From positions 20,513 through 84,512 of the forward strand of contig CAYTMU010000010.1 in NCBI GenBank assembly GCA_964438975.1: a stretch of 64,000 nt of DNA, written 5' to 3'. This document shows, one piece after another, positions 9,862 through 19,277 of this stretch. Both the position numbers and the translations under genes were made by a program. This stretch comes from an uncultured Roseivirgaceae bacterium. GTDB taxonomy: Bacteria > Bacteroidota > Bacteroidia > Cytophagales > Cyclobacteriaceae. Numbering within the stretch: position 1 is the stretch's first letter; each line of letters starts with the position of its first letter. A model generated the notes under the pieces. The model had not been told where the DNA came from. It was given only the letters and a program-made list of their open reading frames with translations, and ran no database searches.

Positions 9862-10216
9862 GATTTTCGGTTAGTAATGGAGCCTATGCTTAATAAAGAT
9901 TGCACCAATGATCACCGTCATCTCACGTGAGCGAACTGTCCGACGCCGATCCCATAGGTGAGGGAACCGGATCGGGATCGGGATTTCCTGGCGAACCTGA
10001 TTCCGCAAAGTGGGCAAGGTAAGCCAAAAAAGCTACTCCGGTGCAGATGAAAATGCAATTTTTATGAGTGGTCGCACTCCCCGGCCTATTTCGACCCCTG
10101 GGAAACTTGATTGCGGCCTGAGCTATTACATCTGTCGTTAACCCGTTCATTTTCACAGGCTTTATTTCCGCATATTTTGCTAATTTTACTGTAATAATGC
10201 CACCATACCTGGACTT

Positions 10217-11284
10217 ATGAAGCGATTTTTTTTCGTCCTGCTGACTGTGTCTGCAGCCGGGCAAAGCTGCCTTTTTGCACAGCAGCGGCCCGACAAAACG
10301 GCTGTTACCTATGAGCAGATCTACGACGACCCGTATGCTGTAAACAAGCTTTTTATTGGTCTGCAACCGCTTTACGGAGAACTTTTTGTTGCCAATGTCA
10401 ATGCGGGTTTCGGCCTGGAGGCGCTGTATTATTACCAGGATAAGGTTGATTTCCGCGCCCAGCTTCGAAAATCTTACAGTCGGAAGTTCTTCGACTTCAA
10501 CCGGGATGTCGCACTTGACAACAGCCAGCTTGACAACCGTGCTCAGGTGTTTAATTACTTTGAGTTCGGAGCCACGTACCACATCAAAGACTTTGAGGAG
10601 AACTCGAAAACGAGAATGGTGCTTTATAGAAAGAGTTACAAAGGCAACCGATGGGCATCGCGCGTGCCCCTCACCGCCGAAGTGCCTTCCAAGGTGAGGA
10701 AGGTATACGGACTCCGCGGAGGGACAATGCTATGGAAGAGCTCTACAGACCTGACACGGGCCATGAGTGCTCAGGGATTGACGAACAATGATCTGAAAGA
10801 CGCTGAAGGCAATGGTCTCCCACTGACGTACGATGCGGCGGGACGAGAACGTCCACTTAATGTGTACTCCAATATTGCGTCGACTAACGTATACCTCGGG
10901 GGGTCGATGTCGTGGGGACGAAACATCGCAATCAATTTTGACACCTACGAGGAGGGTGTCGATGACTTGATGCTTACTGTATTCTTTGACCTTATCTACT
11001 CACCTTCCATGACCGTCGACGACATCGTCTATACTACGACGCCATTGAACTCGCCGACGGCGGAGACGCGCACATATTCCGTCAGTCCCGTCAAACTTCA
11101 ATCATTCGGAGCGCGTCTCGGTATCGACGGGCGATTCAACCGCTCATTCAGTTGGTCGTACGGAGGGGAGATAGGCTACAGACCCAGCATCGAAGGAAGA
11201 TCCTTTTTCGCACTACTAAGGATCAGTTTCCCTGTATTTGGAAGTAGCCTGGATGACAAGGTTGAAACATTTGAAAGGAACTGA
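10217..11284 (+). CDS. Hypothetical exported protein
   Basis: Signal peptide MKRFFFVLLTVSAAGQSCLFAQQ and a beta-rich, aromatic-rich sequence. I recognise no family. Confidence 0.6.
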   Translation: MKRFFFVLLTVSAAGQSCLFAQQRPDKTAVTYEQIYDDPYAVNKLFIGLQPLYGELFVANVNAGFGLEALYYYQDKVDFRAQLRKSYSRKFFDFNRDVALDNSQLDNRAQVFNYFEFGATYHIKDFEENSKTRMVLYRKSYKGNRWASRVPLTAEVPSKVRKVYGLRGGTMLWKSSTDLTRAMSAQGLTNNDLKDAEGNGLPLTYDAAGRERPLNVYSNIASTNVYLGGSMSWGRNIAINFDTYEEGVDDLMLTVFFDLIYSPSMTVDDIVYTTTPLNSPTAETRTYSVSPVKLQSFGARLGIDGRFNRSFSWSYGGEIGYRPSIEGRSFFALLRISFPVFGSSLDDKVETFERN

Positions 11285-11419
11285 CCTTCCCACAGAATTC
11301 TCTACCCCTTTTTGGGGTGCTTGAAAAAGGTTACACCTTTATTTCATATTTATTTTCAGAGTGGTTGCAACAATCGATTACAAGCTGACGTCTAATTGCT
11401 GTAATCAAAAACAAACCAT

Positions 11420-11992
11420 ATGAAAAAAATATTTTCCTTAGCACTGGTGCTGGCGGCTGCTATTCAAGTGTCGGCTGCTCATGTGGCGCCGGAGTCACCG
11501 GTCGGAGTTTCTGTACTGAAGTCCGGATCGGTTGTCAAACTTTTCTATCGCGGCGAGGAATGCGGAACCGTGAAGGTTGCGATCTATAATCAGAAGGGGC
11601 ACGTTGTTTACCGTGAGGTGTTGGAGGACACAGAAGATTTCATGCGGCCTTACAATTTTTCGGCTTTGCCATCAGGCAAGTACACCATCGAACTCACTGA
11701 CAAGTTTGGAACGAAGAGTCGAAGCGTGGAGCACGGGTTACGCGACAATTCGATGGTCGTGAAACTCACGCGCTTGAGCAAGAATGAGCATAAGTATGTG
11801 TTATCTGTCCCGGATCAAGGGGCCGAATCACTTGTTGTTCGTATTTACGACCGGAATAACAAGATGGTGTATGAGACGACGGAGAGAGTAAATGGCGATT
11901 TTGCAAGAATGTACAACCTGAACAAGATCCGCGGATATCACATGATTCACGTGACAGACGACAAAGGACACTCGAATAGTATAGTGAATTGA
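11420..11992 (+). CDS. Small secreted protein made of two tandem T9SS-CTD-like beta-sandwich repeats
   Basis: Signal MKKIFSLALVLAAAIQVSA. The two halves align: VKVAIYNQKGHVVYREVLEDTEDFMRPYNFSALPSGKYTIELTD against LVVRIYDRNNKMVYETTERVNGDFARMYNLNKIRGYHMIHVTD. Confidence 0.65.
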   Translation: MKKIFSLALVLAAAIQVSAAHVAPESPVGVSVLKSGSVVKLFYRGEECGTVKVAIYNQKGHVVYREVLEDTEDFMRPYNFSALPSGKYTIELTDKFGTKSRSVEHGLRDNSMVVKLTRLSKNEHKYVLSVPDQGAESLVVRIYDRNNKMVYETTERVNGDFARMYNLNKIRGYHMIHVTDDKGHSNSIVN

Positions 11993-12053
11993 TGCGGAAT
12001 CGTTTGTATATGCAAAGGTTGTTAACTTCTGATAACACGAATCTCTACCAAAC

Positions 12054-12084
12054 GAGCCCTTCATGATGGAGGGCTTTTTTGTTT
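12054..12084 (+). terminator. Rho-independent terminator after the 11420-11992 gene
   Basis: Stem agcccttc (12055-12062) / ggagggct (12068-12075), including one G-U pair, with a 5-nt loop and then TTTTTTGTTT. Confidence 0.7.
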
Positions 12085-12174
12085 AGCGTTGCTGCATGTA
12101 CATGGTAGTCTCTTGCAGATCAGACTGCTTTCGTTCGCATTTTCAATTTCAGATTTTTTGTGGCATTTTAAATT

Positions 12175-12651
12175 ATGGATGTATTATGGCTCTCTTTGGG
12201 AATCATCTTAATGGCCGTCGGGTTCGTGGGCTGCATTCTTCCGTTTCTTCCAGGTCCTCCACTTTGCTACCTGGCCCTACTGCTTCAGCAATTGCAATCG
12301 GAGCCGTTCTTCACTACCCGGTTTCTGGTGATTTGGGCCGGGGTGACCTTGCTAGTGGTCGCATTGGATTACGTCATTCCGATCTTCGGCACTAAACGCT
12401 ATGGAGGGAGTCGATATGGTGTGTGGGGATGCGTTGTGGGGCTTGTCGCGGGTTTGTGGCTGATGCCATTCGGCTTGATCATCGGACCTTTCGTAGGTGC
12501 TTTTGTTGGTGAGCTGATCGGCAACTCCGGCGCGCAAAATGCGTTGCGTGCTGCATTTGGTTCATTTCTCGGCTTTTTGCTCGGGACGCTTCTGAAGTTG
12601 GTCGTATGTATAGTGATGGGCTGGTATTTCGTTCAAGCTGCGATCCGCTAG
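12175..12651 (+). CDS. DUF456-like small membrane protein
   Basis: GCILPFLPGPPL motif and four hydrophobic helices over 158 aa. Confidence 0.7.
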   Translation: MDVLWLSLGIILMAVGFVGCILPFLPGPPLCYLALLLQQLQSEPFFTTRFLVIWAGVTLLVVALDYVIPIFGTKRYGGSRYGVWGCVVGLVAGLWLMPFGLIIGPFVGAFVGELIGNSGAQNALRAAFGSFLGFLLGTLLKLVVCIVMGWYFVQAAIR

Positions 12652-12735
12652 CTATATGGATGCAAATTGCGGCGCAAGCGCTAAAAATCTTGAATTTTTT
12701 TGGCTTTATTTGAGTAAAATATAAATCTGCCGAAC

Positions 12736-13590
12736 ATGAAAAGAATTCTTGTCCCCACTGATTTCTCAAAGCCTGCTGAAAACGCGATCGACGTTGCCGT
12801 GGATATCGCCAAGAAAGCAAACTCGACACTCATCCTGCTGCACGTGATTGAAGAGGCTTCCGGAACTTCATTCAACATCACCGGAGAGGTCAATGTCTCA
12901 GGGGGATGGGAGGAGAAGTTTTTCACCATGAAACTGATTGAGCGAAGCAAGAAGCAGATGGCGAAGGTTTTTGACGAAGTCAAGGCAACGGGGGTAAAGG
13001 TGAAGCAGGAATTGAGGGTTGGAACGGCATTTCACGGGATGCGCGATATCATCACCGAGCAAAAGGTTGACCTGGTGGTCATGGGAACTGCTGGCCGGAA
13101 GAAGCTCAATGAGATGATCATCGGAACCAATACGGAGAAGGTGGTCCGGCATGCGAAATGTCCGGTCTTGACGGTTCAGAAGAAGCCCAGAACGACCGAT
13201 TTCAAAAATATTGTATACGCCACCTCAATGAGCAAGGAGGAAGAGGTGTTTTCGCGTGTTGTTCGGAACGCTCAGCAGATCTACGGGTCAACTATACATC
13301 TCGTGCGGGTGAATACGCCGGGCAATTTTCAGCGCGACGCGGTTGCAGAGAAGTATATGCAGGACTTTGCCAAGAAGCTGCAACTGAAGAATTATACGAT
13401 CAATATTTTCAACGACCTCACAGAAGAAGAGGGCATCATCTATTTTGCTGACAGCATCAATGCGGATCTTATCGCGATGGCGACGCGCGGCCGCACTGGA
13501 TTTGCTCACGTACTCGCGGGCAGCATTGCAGAAGAGGTGGTGTCGCACTCAAAGCGTCCTGTACTGACCTTTGTCACCAAGCCACGCTAG
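12736..13590 (+). CDS. Universal stress protein, tandem Usp domains
   Basis: MKRILVPTDFS start, ...DLVVMGTAGRKKLNEMIIGTNTEKVVRHAKCPVLTV, and a second half ending ...DLIAMATRGRTGFAHVLAGSIAEEVVSHSKRPVLTF. Confidence 0.9.
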   Translation: MKRILVPTDFSKPAENAIDVAVDIAKKANSTLILLHVIEEASGTSFNITGEVNVSGGWEEKFFTMKLIERSKKQMAKVFDEVKATGVKVKQELRVGTAFHGMRDIITEQKVDLVVMGTAGRKKLNEMIIGTNTEKVVRHAKCPVLTVQKKPRTTDFKNIVYATSMSKEEEVFSRVVRNAQQIYGSTIHLVRVNTPGNFQRDAVAEKYMQDFAKKLQLKNYTINIFNDLTEEEGIIYFADSINADLIAMATRGRTGFAHVLAGSIAEEVVSHSKRPVLTFVTKPR

Positions 13591-13661
13591 GCATCGCCAG
13601 AAATGATCTGAGATTGCACACCTCATATGGAGCGTGGTCTTGCTAATCCCGCGTGTAAGAT

Positions 13662-14423
13662 GTGAAAGACTATTACGCTATTCTGGGTGTACACGCTTCA
13701 GCTTCGGCAACTGAAGTGAAAAGAGCATTCAGGAAGCTGGCTTTCCGTTATCACCCCGACAAGAATCCGGGGCGGGATGCCCCTGCTCATTTCCAGGAGA
13801 TCAACGAGGCGTATGATGTGCTGGGAGACGCTAACAAACGAGCGGGTTATGATGCGTTGCGTTCCGGAGTCATCCTGGAGTCGCCACCACAGAGACATCC
13901 CGATCCGGCTTACCGGCGGAAACGTACGCGACCGCCCGGTCGTCCCGGGCCTCCACAGTCTTATATCCTCATGCGCAAGTCGTTGCCGTACATGCTGTGG
14001 ATAAGCCGGGTTTCCATCTTGTTCACGCTGCTGTTCTTTATCGATTTCTGGCTTCCGTATAGCCAGAATGAGGATCATGTCCGTCAGATATTTTCCAACA
14101 AAGGCCAACAGACTTCGTTTCTGCTGATCACCCACTCAGGTGAAAAGATCCAGGTGGACAACTTCGACCCTTCAGTCCTTCCGGCTGACGGCAGTATCCG
14201 TCTCAACGTCAGCCGCATCTTCGGATCGGTTATGAGTATTTCTATTCGCGATGGAGTGTACAGCGCCTGGGTTGGCTATATGTATACGACCCATGTTTTC
14301 TTTCCGATATTGCTTTTTGTAAATTCACTGCTGGCCCTTGTCTACAGGAAGCGAGTGGAGTTTTGTTTCAACCTGAATGTAACGGGTTTTGTGTTGCTGA
14401 TTCTGAATTTAGCTCTGATCTGA
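13662..14423 (+). CDS. J-domain (DnaJ-like) membrane protein
   Basis: A GTG start gives (M)KDYYAILGV...[16 protein letters not shown], a J domain with the HPD motif. A Pro/Arg linker follows, then about three TM helices. Confidence 0.8.
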   Translation: MKDYYAILGVHASASATEVKRAFRKLAFRYHPDKNPGRDAPAHFQEINEAYDVLGDANKRAGYDALRSGVILESPPQRHPDPAYRRKRTRPPGRPGPPQSYILMRKSLPYMLWISRVSILFTLLFFIDFWLPYSQNEDHVRQIFSNKGQQTSFLLITHSGEKIQVDNFDPSVLPADGSIRLNVSRIFGSVMSISIRDGVYSAWVGYMYTTHVFFPILLFVNSLLALVYRKRVEFCFNLNVTGFVLLILNLALI

Positions 14424-14424
14424 G

Positions 14425-14772
14425 ATGGCAAAGAAGAATGACTGGAAGAAGAGAGACGGGATCGTCTATTCCACCGAAACGGATTTCTCCTACAAGTACG
14501 AGGAGCAGTCGGAGGCCGATACACTTCCTCCGCAGCAGCAGAGCCTTCGTATCATGCTCGACAAGAGTGGTCGCGCCGGAAAGCAGGTGACGCTTGTGAC
14601 GGGTTTTATTGGCCAGACGGACGACCTGGCGGCACTTGCAAAGTTACTGAAGGCAAAGTGCGGTGTCGGCGGCGCTGTCAAGGACGGGGACATCCTTATT
14701 CAGGGAGATCACCGGGAAAAGGTTATGCTGGTTCTACAGGCCCAAGGTTACCGACCAAAACGGTCAGGGTAG
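14425..14772 (+). CDS. Translation initiation factor SUI1/YciH family
   Basis: ...GKQVTLVTGF...LAKLLKAKCGVGGAVKDGDILIQGDHREKVMLVLQAQGY. The ATG is 1 nt after the preceding stop. Confidence 0.9.
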   Translation: MAKKNDWKKRDGIVYSTETDFSYKYEEQSEADTLPPQQQSLRIMLDKSGRAGKQVTLVTGFIGQTDDLAALAKLLKAKCGVGGAVKDGDILIQGDHREKVMLVLQAQGYRPKRSG

Positions 14773-14846
14773 GACCGTAAAAAGCCGGACAGAATGTCGG
14801 GTAACTCCGCGACCCTCAAACCAAGGTTTCTCTTATCTTTGAACCT

Positions 14847-15350
14847 GTGAATAACAGTGAGATCTATCTTTCAGCTGTCGGAGAAGTGCTGCTGTACATT
14901 GTCGGCGGAATCCTGTTTATCGTCCTCGCATTTGTTACATCATCATTACTTCGGCCGAATAGACCGAATCCACAGAAGCTCAGTACTTATGAAAGTGGTG
15001 AGGATGCTATCAGTTCAGCGTGGACTCAGTACAACGCCCGCTTCTATATTGTAGCATTGATCTTTTTATTGTTTGAAGTGGAGATCGTTTTTCTCTTCCC
15101 CTGGACGACGATCTTTGTGCAGGATGACTTACTCGCGGCTAGCGGTGGTCTGTGGGGATGGTTTTCAGTTGTTGAGGTCGTGTTCTTTATTCTCGTTCTC
15201 GCGCTGGGGCTTGCCTATGCGTGGGTCAACGGCCACCTTGATTGGATCAAGCCGGAACCCGCGCCTACACCGATGAAGTCCAGTGTTCCGCCGGAGCTCT
15301 ACGAGAGGATTAACGAACGCTACGCGGGTACTTACAAAAAGGAAAGTTGA
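14847..15350 (+). CDS. nuoA: NADH-quinone oxidoreductase subunit A, with a C-terminal extension
   Basis: YESGEDA...[14 protein letters not shown] core. A GTG start at 14847 gives the usual ~34 aa before the RPNRP loop. About 34 extra residues follow the ...VNGHLDW end. Confidence 0.85.
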   Translation: MNNSEIYLSAVGEVLLYIVGGILFIVLAFVTSSLLRPNRPNPQKLSTYESGEDAISSAWTQYNARFYIVALIFLLFEVEIVFLFPWTTIFVQDDLLAASGGLWGWFSVVEVVFFILVLALGLAYAWVNGHLDWIKPEPAPTPMKSSVPPELYERINERYAGTYKKES

Positions 15351-15351
15351 C

Positions 15352-15888
15352 ATGAAGGGCTTTTTGGATCAACGATTTGAAAACGGAGGATTCATAATCA
15401 CCAAGCTTGAGGATCTCATCAACTGGGCCAGGCTGTCGTCTATGTTTCCGATGACGTTTGGGATCGCGTGTTGTGCGATTGAGTTCATGAGCACAGGAAC
15501 AACCGTTTACGATATGGACCGATTTGGTATGGCGCCCCGCGCTACACCGAGGCAGTCGGATGTGATGATCGTTGCGGGAACTGTGACCTTTAAGATGGCT
15601 GAGCGGATCAAGCGTCTGTATGAGCAGATGGCCGAGCCTCGGTATGTCATATCCATGGGATCTTGTTCAAATTGCGGCGGTCCCTATTGGCAGCACGGCT
15701 ATCATGTTGTCAAAGGAGTACAAAGGATCATTCCGGTAGATGTGTATGTTCCCGGATGTCCCCCACGTCCAGAGGCGCTGATCGGAGGATTCCTCCAATT
15801 GCAGGAAAAGATACGGGGAGAAAGCGTCGTCGCACCGAAGGCCATTGAGCGACTTTTGGTAAACGAACCTGCGCAGAAACAATCATGA
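15352..15888 (+). CDS. nuoB: NADH-quinone oxidoreductase subunit B
   Basis: [21 protein letters not shown] and [11 protein letters not shown] Fe-S motifs. ATG at 15352 lies directly after the nuoA stop; the ORF-track start at 15283 would overlap nuoA. Confidence 0.93.
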   Translation: MKGFLDQRFENGGFIITKLEDLINWARLSSMFPMTFGIACCAIEFMSTGTTVYDMDRFGMAPRATPRQSDVMIVAGTVTFKMAERIKRLYEQMAEPRYVISMGSCSNCGGPYWQHGYHVVKGVQRIIPVDVYVPGCPPRPEALIGGFLQLQEKIRGESVVAPKAIERLLVNEPAQKQS

Positions 15889-16364
15889 GAACTTTTTTGG
15901 AAATAGCAGACTTCGTGCAACAGCGGTGCCAGCACGGTGCGACCGAACTACAGTCGATAAAGCCAGCGGGTATGTTGATCGATTCGCGGGACCTCGTGCC
16001 GGTATGCTTCGCGTTGCGCGATGATCCCGGTATGTATTTCGATATGCTGTCGTGTATCACGGCGCTGGATAATGGTCTCGACGCTGGCACCTTTGACGTT
16101 GTGTACAATCTTTATTCGATACCGTTTGATCATCATGTTTCGATCAAGGTCGTACTCCCGCGCGAGGCTCCGGAAGTGATGTCGGTGAACGATGTGTGGA
16201 AGACCGCGAACTGGCATGAGCGCGAAGCGTGGGATTTGTTCGGTATCAGTTTTGCCGGCCACCCAGACCTTCGACGGATCTTGCTGCCAGCTGACTGGGA
16301 GGGACATCCATTGCGGAAAGATTATCAGCAGCAGGAGTATTATCGCGGCGTAAAGGTAGATTAG
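15885..16364 (+). CDS. nuoC: NADH-quinone oxidoreductase subunit C
   Basis: ...[35 protein letters not shown] overlap with nuoB. Confidence 0.9.
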   Translation: MRTFLEIADFVQQRCQHGATELQSIKPAGMLIDSRDLVPVCFALRDDPGMYFDMLSCITALDNGLDAGTFDVVYNLYSIPFDHHVSIKVVLPREAPEVMSVNDVWKTANWHEREAWDLFGISFAGHPDLRRILLPADWEGHPLRKDYQQQEYYRGVKVD

Positions 16365-16371
16365 CGAATCG

Positions 16372-17592
16372 ATGTCGAACGACAAAGTTCAATACGTATA
16401 TAATCCCGATGGACTGAAGTTGTCCGAGCCTAATAAGTTTCGGGCGGAAGACCTCCGTGCGGAGGAGATGATCATCAACCTCGGACCCCAGCACCCGTCA
16501 ACACACGGAGTGCTGCGCCTGGAGGTACTGCTCGATGGCGAGATCATCCGTGACGTTGTTCCGCACATCGGTTACCTGCATCGTTGTTTTGAGAAGCACG
16601 CCGAGCGTCTCCCGTACAATCAGATCATCCCCTTTGTTGATCGGCTCGACTACGTTGCAGCGATGAACTGTGAGCATGTTTACGCATTGGGTGTGGAGCG
16701 AATGCTAGGTATCGAAGAGCAGATCCCGAAGCGTGTTGAGTACATCCGCGTGCTCGTTGCCGAGTTGAACAGGATCAGTTCTCATTTTGTTGCGATCGGA
16801 ACGTATGGGATGGACATGGGTGCGTTTACGCCGTTCTTTTGGGTGATGCGCGACCGTGAGCACATCCTCCGGATGCTCGAATGGGTCAGCGGAGCGAGGA
16901 TGTTATACAATTACATCTGGATCGGTGGTCTGTTTTACGATCTCCCGGTCGGCTTCGAGGATCGCTGCCGGGAGTTTATCACGTACATCAGACCTAAGCT
17001 GCGCGAGCTTGAACGCATTCTAATTGACAACAAGATATTTATCGACCGCACCGCGAAGGTCGGTGTATTGCCCCTCGATCTGGCAATTAACTGTGGTGCC
17101 ACCGGTCCCGTGCTGCGCGGGTCTGGTTTGCGTTTTGACCTGCGGCGGGTTGATGGGTACTCAGTGTATCCCGAGCTGGATTTTGAGGTGCCGATCGGCG
17201 AAGGTGCCATGGGGACGGTTGGCGATTGCTGGGATCGAACCTGGGTTCGCATGCAAGAGATCCACGAAAGTGTGAAGATAGTGGAGCAATGCCTCGAGAA
17301 GCTGACAACTGACCACAAGCGGACGCGTGATTTTGATCCGCAAGCGGTGGTACCGAAGAAAATACGACCTGCGGCGCAGGAATTTTACGTCCGTGGCGAG
17401 ACCCCCAAGGGGGAATTGGGATTTTATTTCCGCGCTGACGGACGCAGTGATATACCGTATCGCTGCAAGTGCCGATCGTGCAGTTTTGTAAACTTATCCC
17501 TCTTACCCGAAATCTCCAGGGGCATATTGATCGGCGACCTGATTGCCATCATTGGTAGTATTGATGTTGTGATGGGCGAGGTTGATCGATGA
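16372..17592 (+). CDS. nuoD: NADH-quinone oxidoreductase subunit D
   Basis: [18 protein letters not shown]...GYLHRCFEK...[13 protein letters not shown]. Confidence 0.95.
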   Translation: MSNDKVQYVYNPDGLKLSEPNKFRAEDLRAEEMIINLGPQHPSTHGVLRLEVLLDGEIIRDVVPHIGYLHRCFEKHAERLPYNQIIPFVDRLDYVAAMNCEHVYALGVERMLGIEEQIPKRVEYIRVLVAELNRISSHFVAIGTYGMDMGAFTPFFWVMRDREHILRMLEWVSGARMLYNYIWIGGLFYDLPVGFEDRCREFITYIRPKLRELERILIDNKIFIDRTAKVGVLPLDLAINCGATGPVLRGSGLRFDLRRVDGYSVYPELDFEVPIGEGAMGTVGDCWDRTWVRMQEIHESVKIVEQCLEKLTTDHKRTRDFDPQAVVPKKIRPAAQEFYVRGETPKGELGFYFRADGRSDIPYRCKCRSCSFVNLSLLPEISRGILIGDLIAIIGSIDVVMGEVDR

Positions 17593-17660
17593 TATCCCGG
17601 TTGCTACTGGGTGCGTTGAACTGTTTGTGATAAATTCACGAGGGATATTTCAGAAGTTGT

Positions 17661-19160
17661 ATGAGAATACTGACGACCCGGCAGATCAGAGAACTAGACG
17701 CCTATACGATCAGGCATGAACCTATTGCATCCATAGACCTGATGGAGCGCGCGTCCCGTGCATTTGTCGAATGGTTTACACTACAGATTCATTCCGATAA
17801 CAAAGTGGGAGTCGTATGCGGAACGGGGAACAACGGGGGAGACGGACTGGCGATCGCGCGATTACTGTGTGAGTGGGGCTATTCGGTGCGCGTGTGGATC
17901 GTGCTGGGGGGAGCTGCCGAGTCTGAGGATTTTGCCGTAAACCGTCGGCGGTTGCCGGCGAAGGTTCGCGTGACGGAAGTCAGGGAGGCGAACGACACGA
18001 CCGAGTTCGGCGACAGCGACGTTCTTGTCGATGCCATCTTTGGCTCAGGCCTTTCCCGGCCGCCGGAGGGGCTGTATGCACACGTTATCAACAGGATCAA
18101 CGAGGCCGGGTGGGTACGCGTGGCCGTTGACATACCATCCGGGCTAATGGCCGATAGCCACTCGACAGGCGCAATTGTTCGTGCGCACTTTACTGTCACT
18201 TTTCAACTTCCGAAGCTCGCGTTTTTCATGCCGGAGACATTTTCTCATATCGGAGAATGGGTTGTGGCGGACATCGGGTTGGATAAGAACTTTATCCGAA
18301 ACACCGAGACATCGTACTATTACACAAAGATCGGCGTGATCCGTAAGATCCTTCGGACGCGCGCAAAATTCGATCATAAGGGGACGTATGGTAATGGACT
18401 CCTCATCGCCGGGAGCTACGGCAAAATGGGAGCCGCGGTGCTTGCTGCGCGCGCAGCGATGCGTGCAGGCATCGGGTTACTTTCCGTCCATGTGCCGGCG
18501 TGTGGCTATACAGTGCTGCAAACCGCTGTGCCGGAGGCTATGTGTCTGGCTGATGGCGATGACCGCATTTTATCCTCCCCACCATCGACGGTTGCTTATG
18601 ACGTGCTGGGTATAGGCCCTGGGTTGGGTCAGGACGCTCGAACAAAAAAGGCCCTTGCCCGCACGCTCGAGGAGTTCGGAAAGCCGGTCGTACTCGACGC
18701 CGATGCCCTCAATATCCTCGCATCTGACCGCCATTTGTTTGGCCTCGTGCCACCCGGGAGTATTCTGACGCCTCATCCGATGGAGTTTGAGCGACTGACT
18801 GGCCGGTGGACGGATGACTTCCAACGATTGGAAATGCAGAAGCAACTCGCGGTTTCCCTGAAGTCGATAATCGTTTTGAAAGGAGCGCACACCTCCATTG
18901 CCAGCGATAGGGGAAACGTCTACTTTAATTCCACAGGTAATCCCGGCATGGCAACTGCGGGTAGTGGGGACGCGCTCACGGGTATCCTTACCGGGTTGCT
19001 CGCGCAAGGTTATTTGTCTCTCGATGCCGCTTTGGCAGGGGTATTCCTTCACGGACTCGCCGGCGATCTGGCCGTAAACGATTTCGGCCCGGAGGCGATG
19101 ATCGCTTCCGATCTCATTGACAAGCTACCACTGGCGTACCGGAGGGTCCACCGGAAATAA
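17661..19160 (+). CDS. nnr: Bifunctional NAD(P)H-hydrate repair enzyme (epimerase + ADP-dependent dehydratase)
   Basis: N-terminal YjeF_N (VVCGTGNNGGDGLAIAR) and a C-terminal carbohydrate-kinase-like domain (HKGTYGNGLLIAGS..., GNPGMATAGSGDALTG). Confidence 0.9.
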   Translation: MRILTTRQIRELDAYTIRHEPIASIDLMERASRAFVEWFTLQIHSDNKVGVVCGTGNNGGDGLAIARLLCEWGYSVRVWIVLGGAAESEDFAVNRRRLPAKVRVTEVREANDTTEFGDSDVLVDAIFGSGLSRPPEGLYAHVINRINEAGWVRVAVDIPSGLMADSHSTGAIVRAHFTVTFQLPKLAFFMPETFSHIGEWVVADIGLDKNFIRNTETSYYYTKIGVIRKILRTRAKFDHKGTYGNGLLIAGSYGKMGAAVLAARAAMRAGIGLLSVHVPACGYTVLQTAVPEAMCLADGDDRILSSPPSTVAYDVLGIGPGLGQDARTKKALARTLEEFGKPVVLDADALNILASDRHLFGLVPPGSILTPHPMEFERLTGRWTDDFQRLEMQKQLAVSLKSIIVLKGAHTSIASDRGNVYFNSTGNPGMATAGSGDALTGILTGLLAQGYLSLDAALAGVFLHGLAGDLAVNDFGPEAMIASDLIDKLPLAYRRVHRK

Positions 19161-19277
19161 TATTGCACTCAATTCAAACTTTCTGGAGATTTTCTGCATC
19201 TAACCATTGATTCCGCAATTTTTTACGGAACTCTGGACTGAAATTTGTCGTATACAGAAGTAATAACTACTGCTCGC

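Noticed and set aside
9900-10130. Possible TPP, ZTP, cobalamin, c-di-GMP or Mn (yybP-ykoY) riboswitch in the dedA upstream spacer
   Set aside because: Short matches occur (GAACCTGAT, CTGGCGAAC, GGAGTAGC, CGCAAAG). None of the full consensus cores (for example CTGAGA...ACCTGATCTGGATAATGCCAGCG, CCGCCTGGGC, GCCACTG) is present, and the flanking genes do not fit those regulons. The region is kept only as an unclassified structured spacer.
9923-10582. 219-codon minus-strand ORF spanning the dedA upstream spacer and the start of the + gene at 10217
   Set aside because: It overlaps a + strand ORF that has a clean signal peptide. Its product is low-complexity with no motifs, and its 3' part runs through the structured non-coding core.
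14834-14841. TATCTTTG -7-box match just upstream of nuoA
   Set aside because: It ends only 5 nt before the GTG start that gives NuoA its normal N-terminal length, so it cannot serve that start. It could only work with a truncated NuoA starting at 14886, which I consider less likely.
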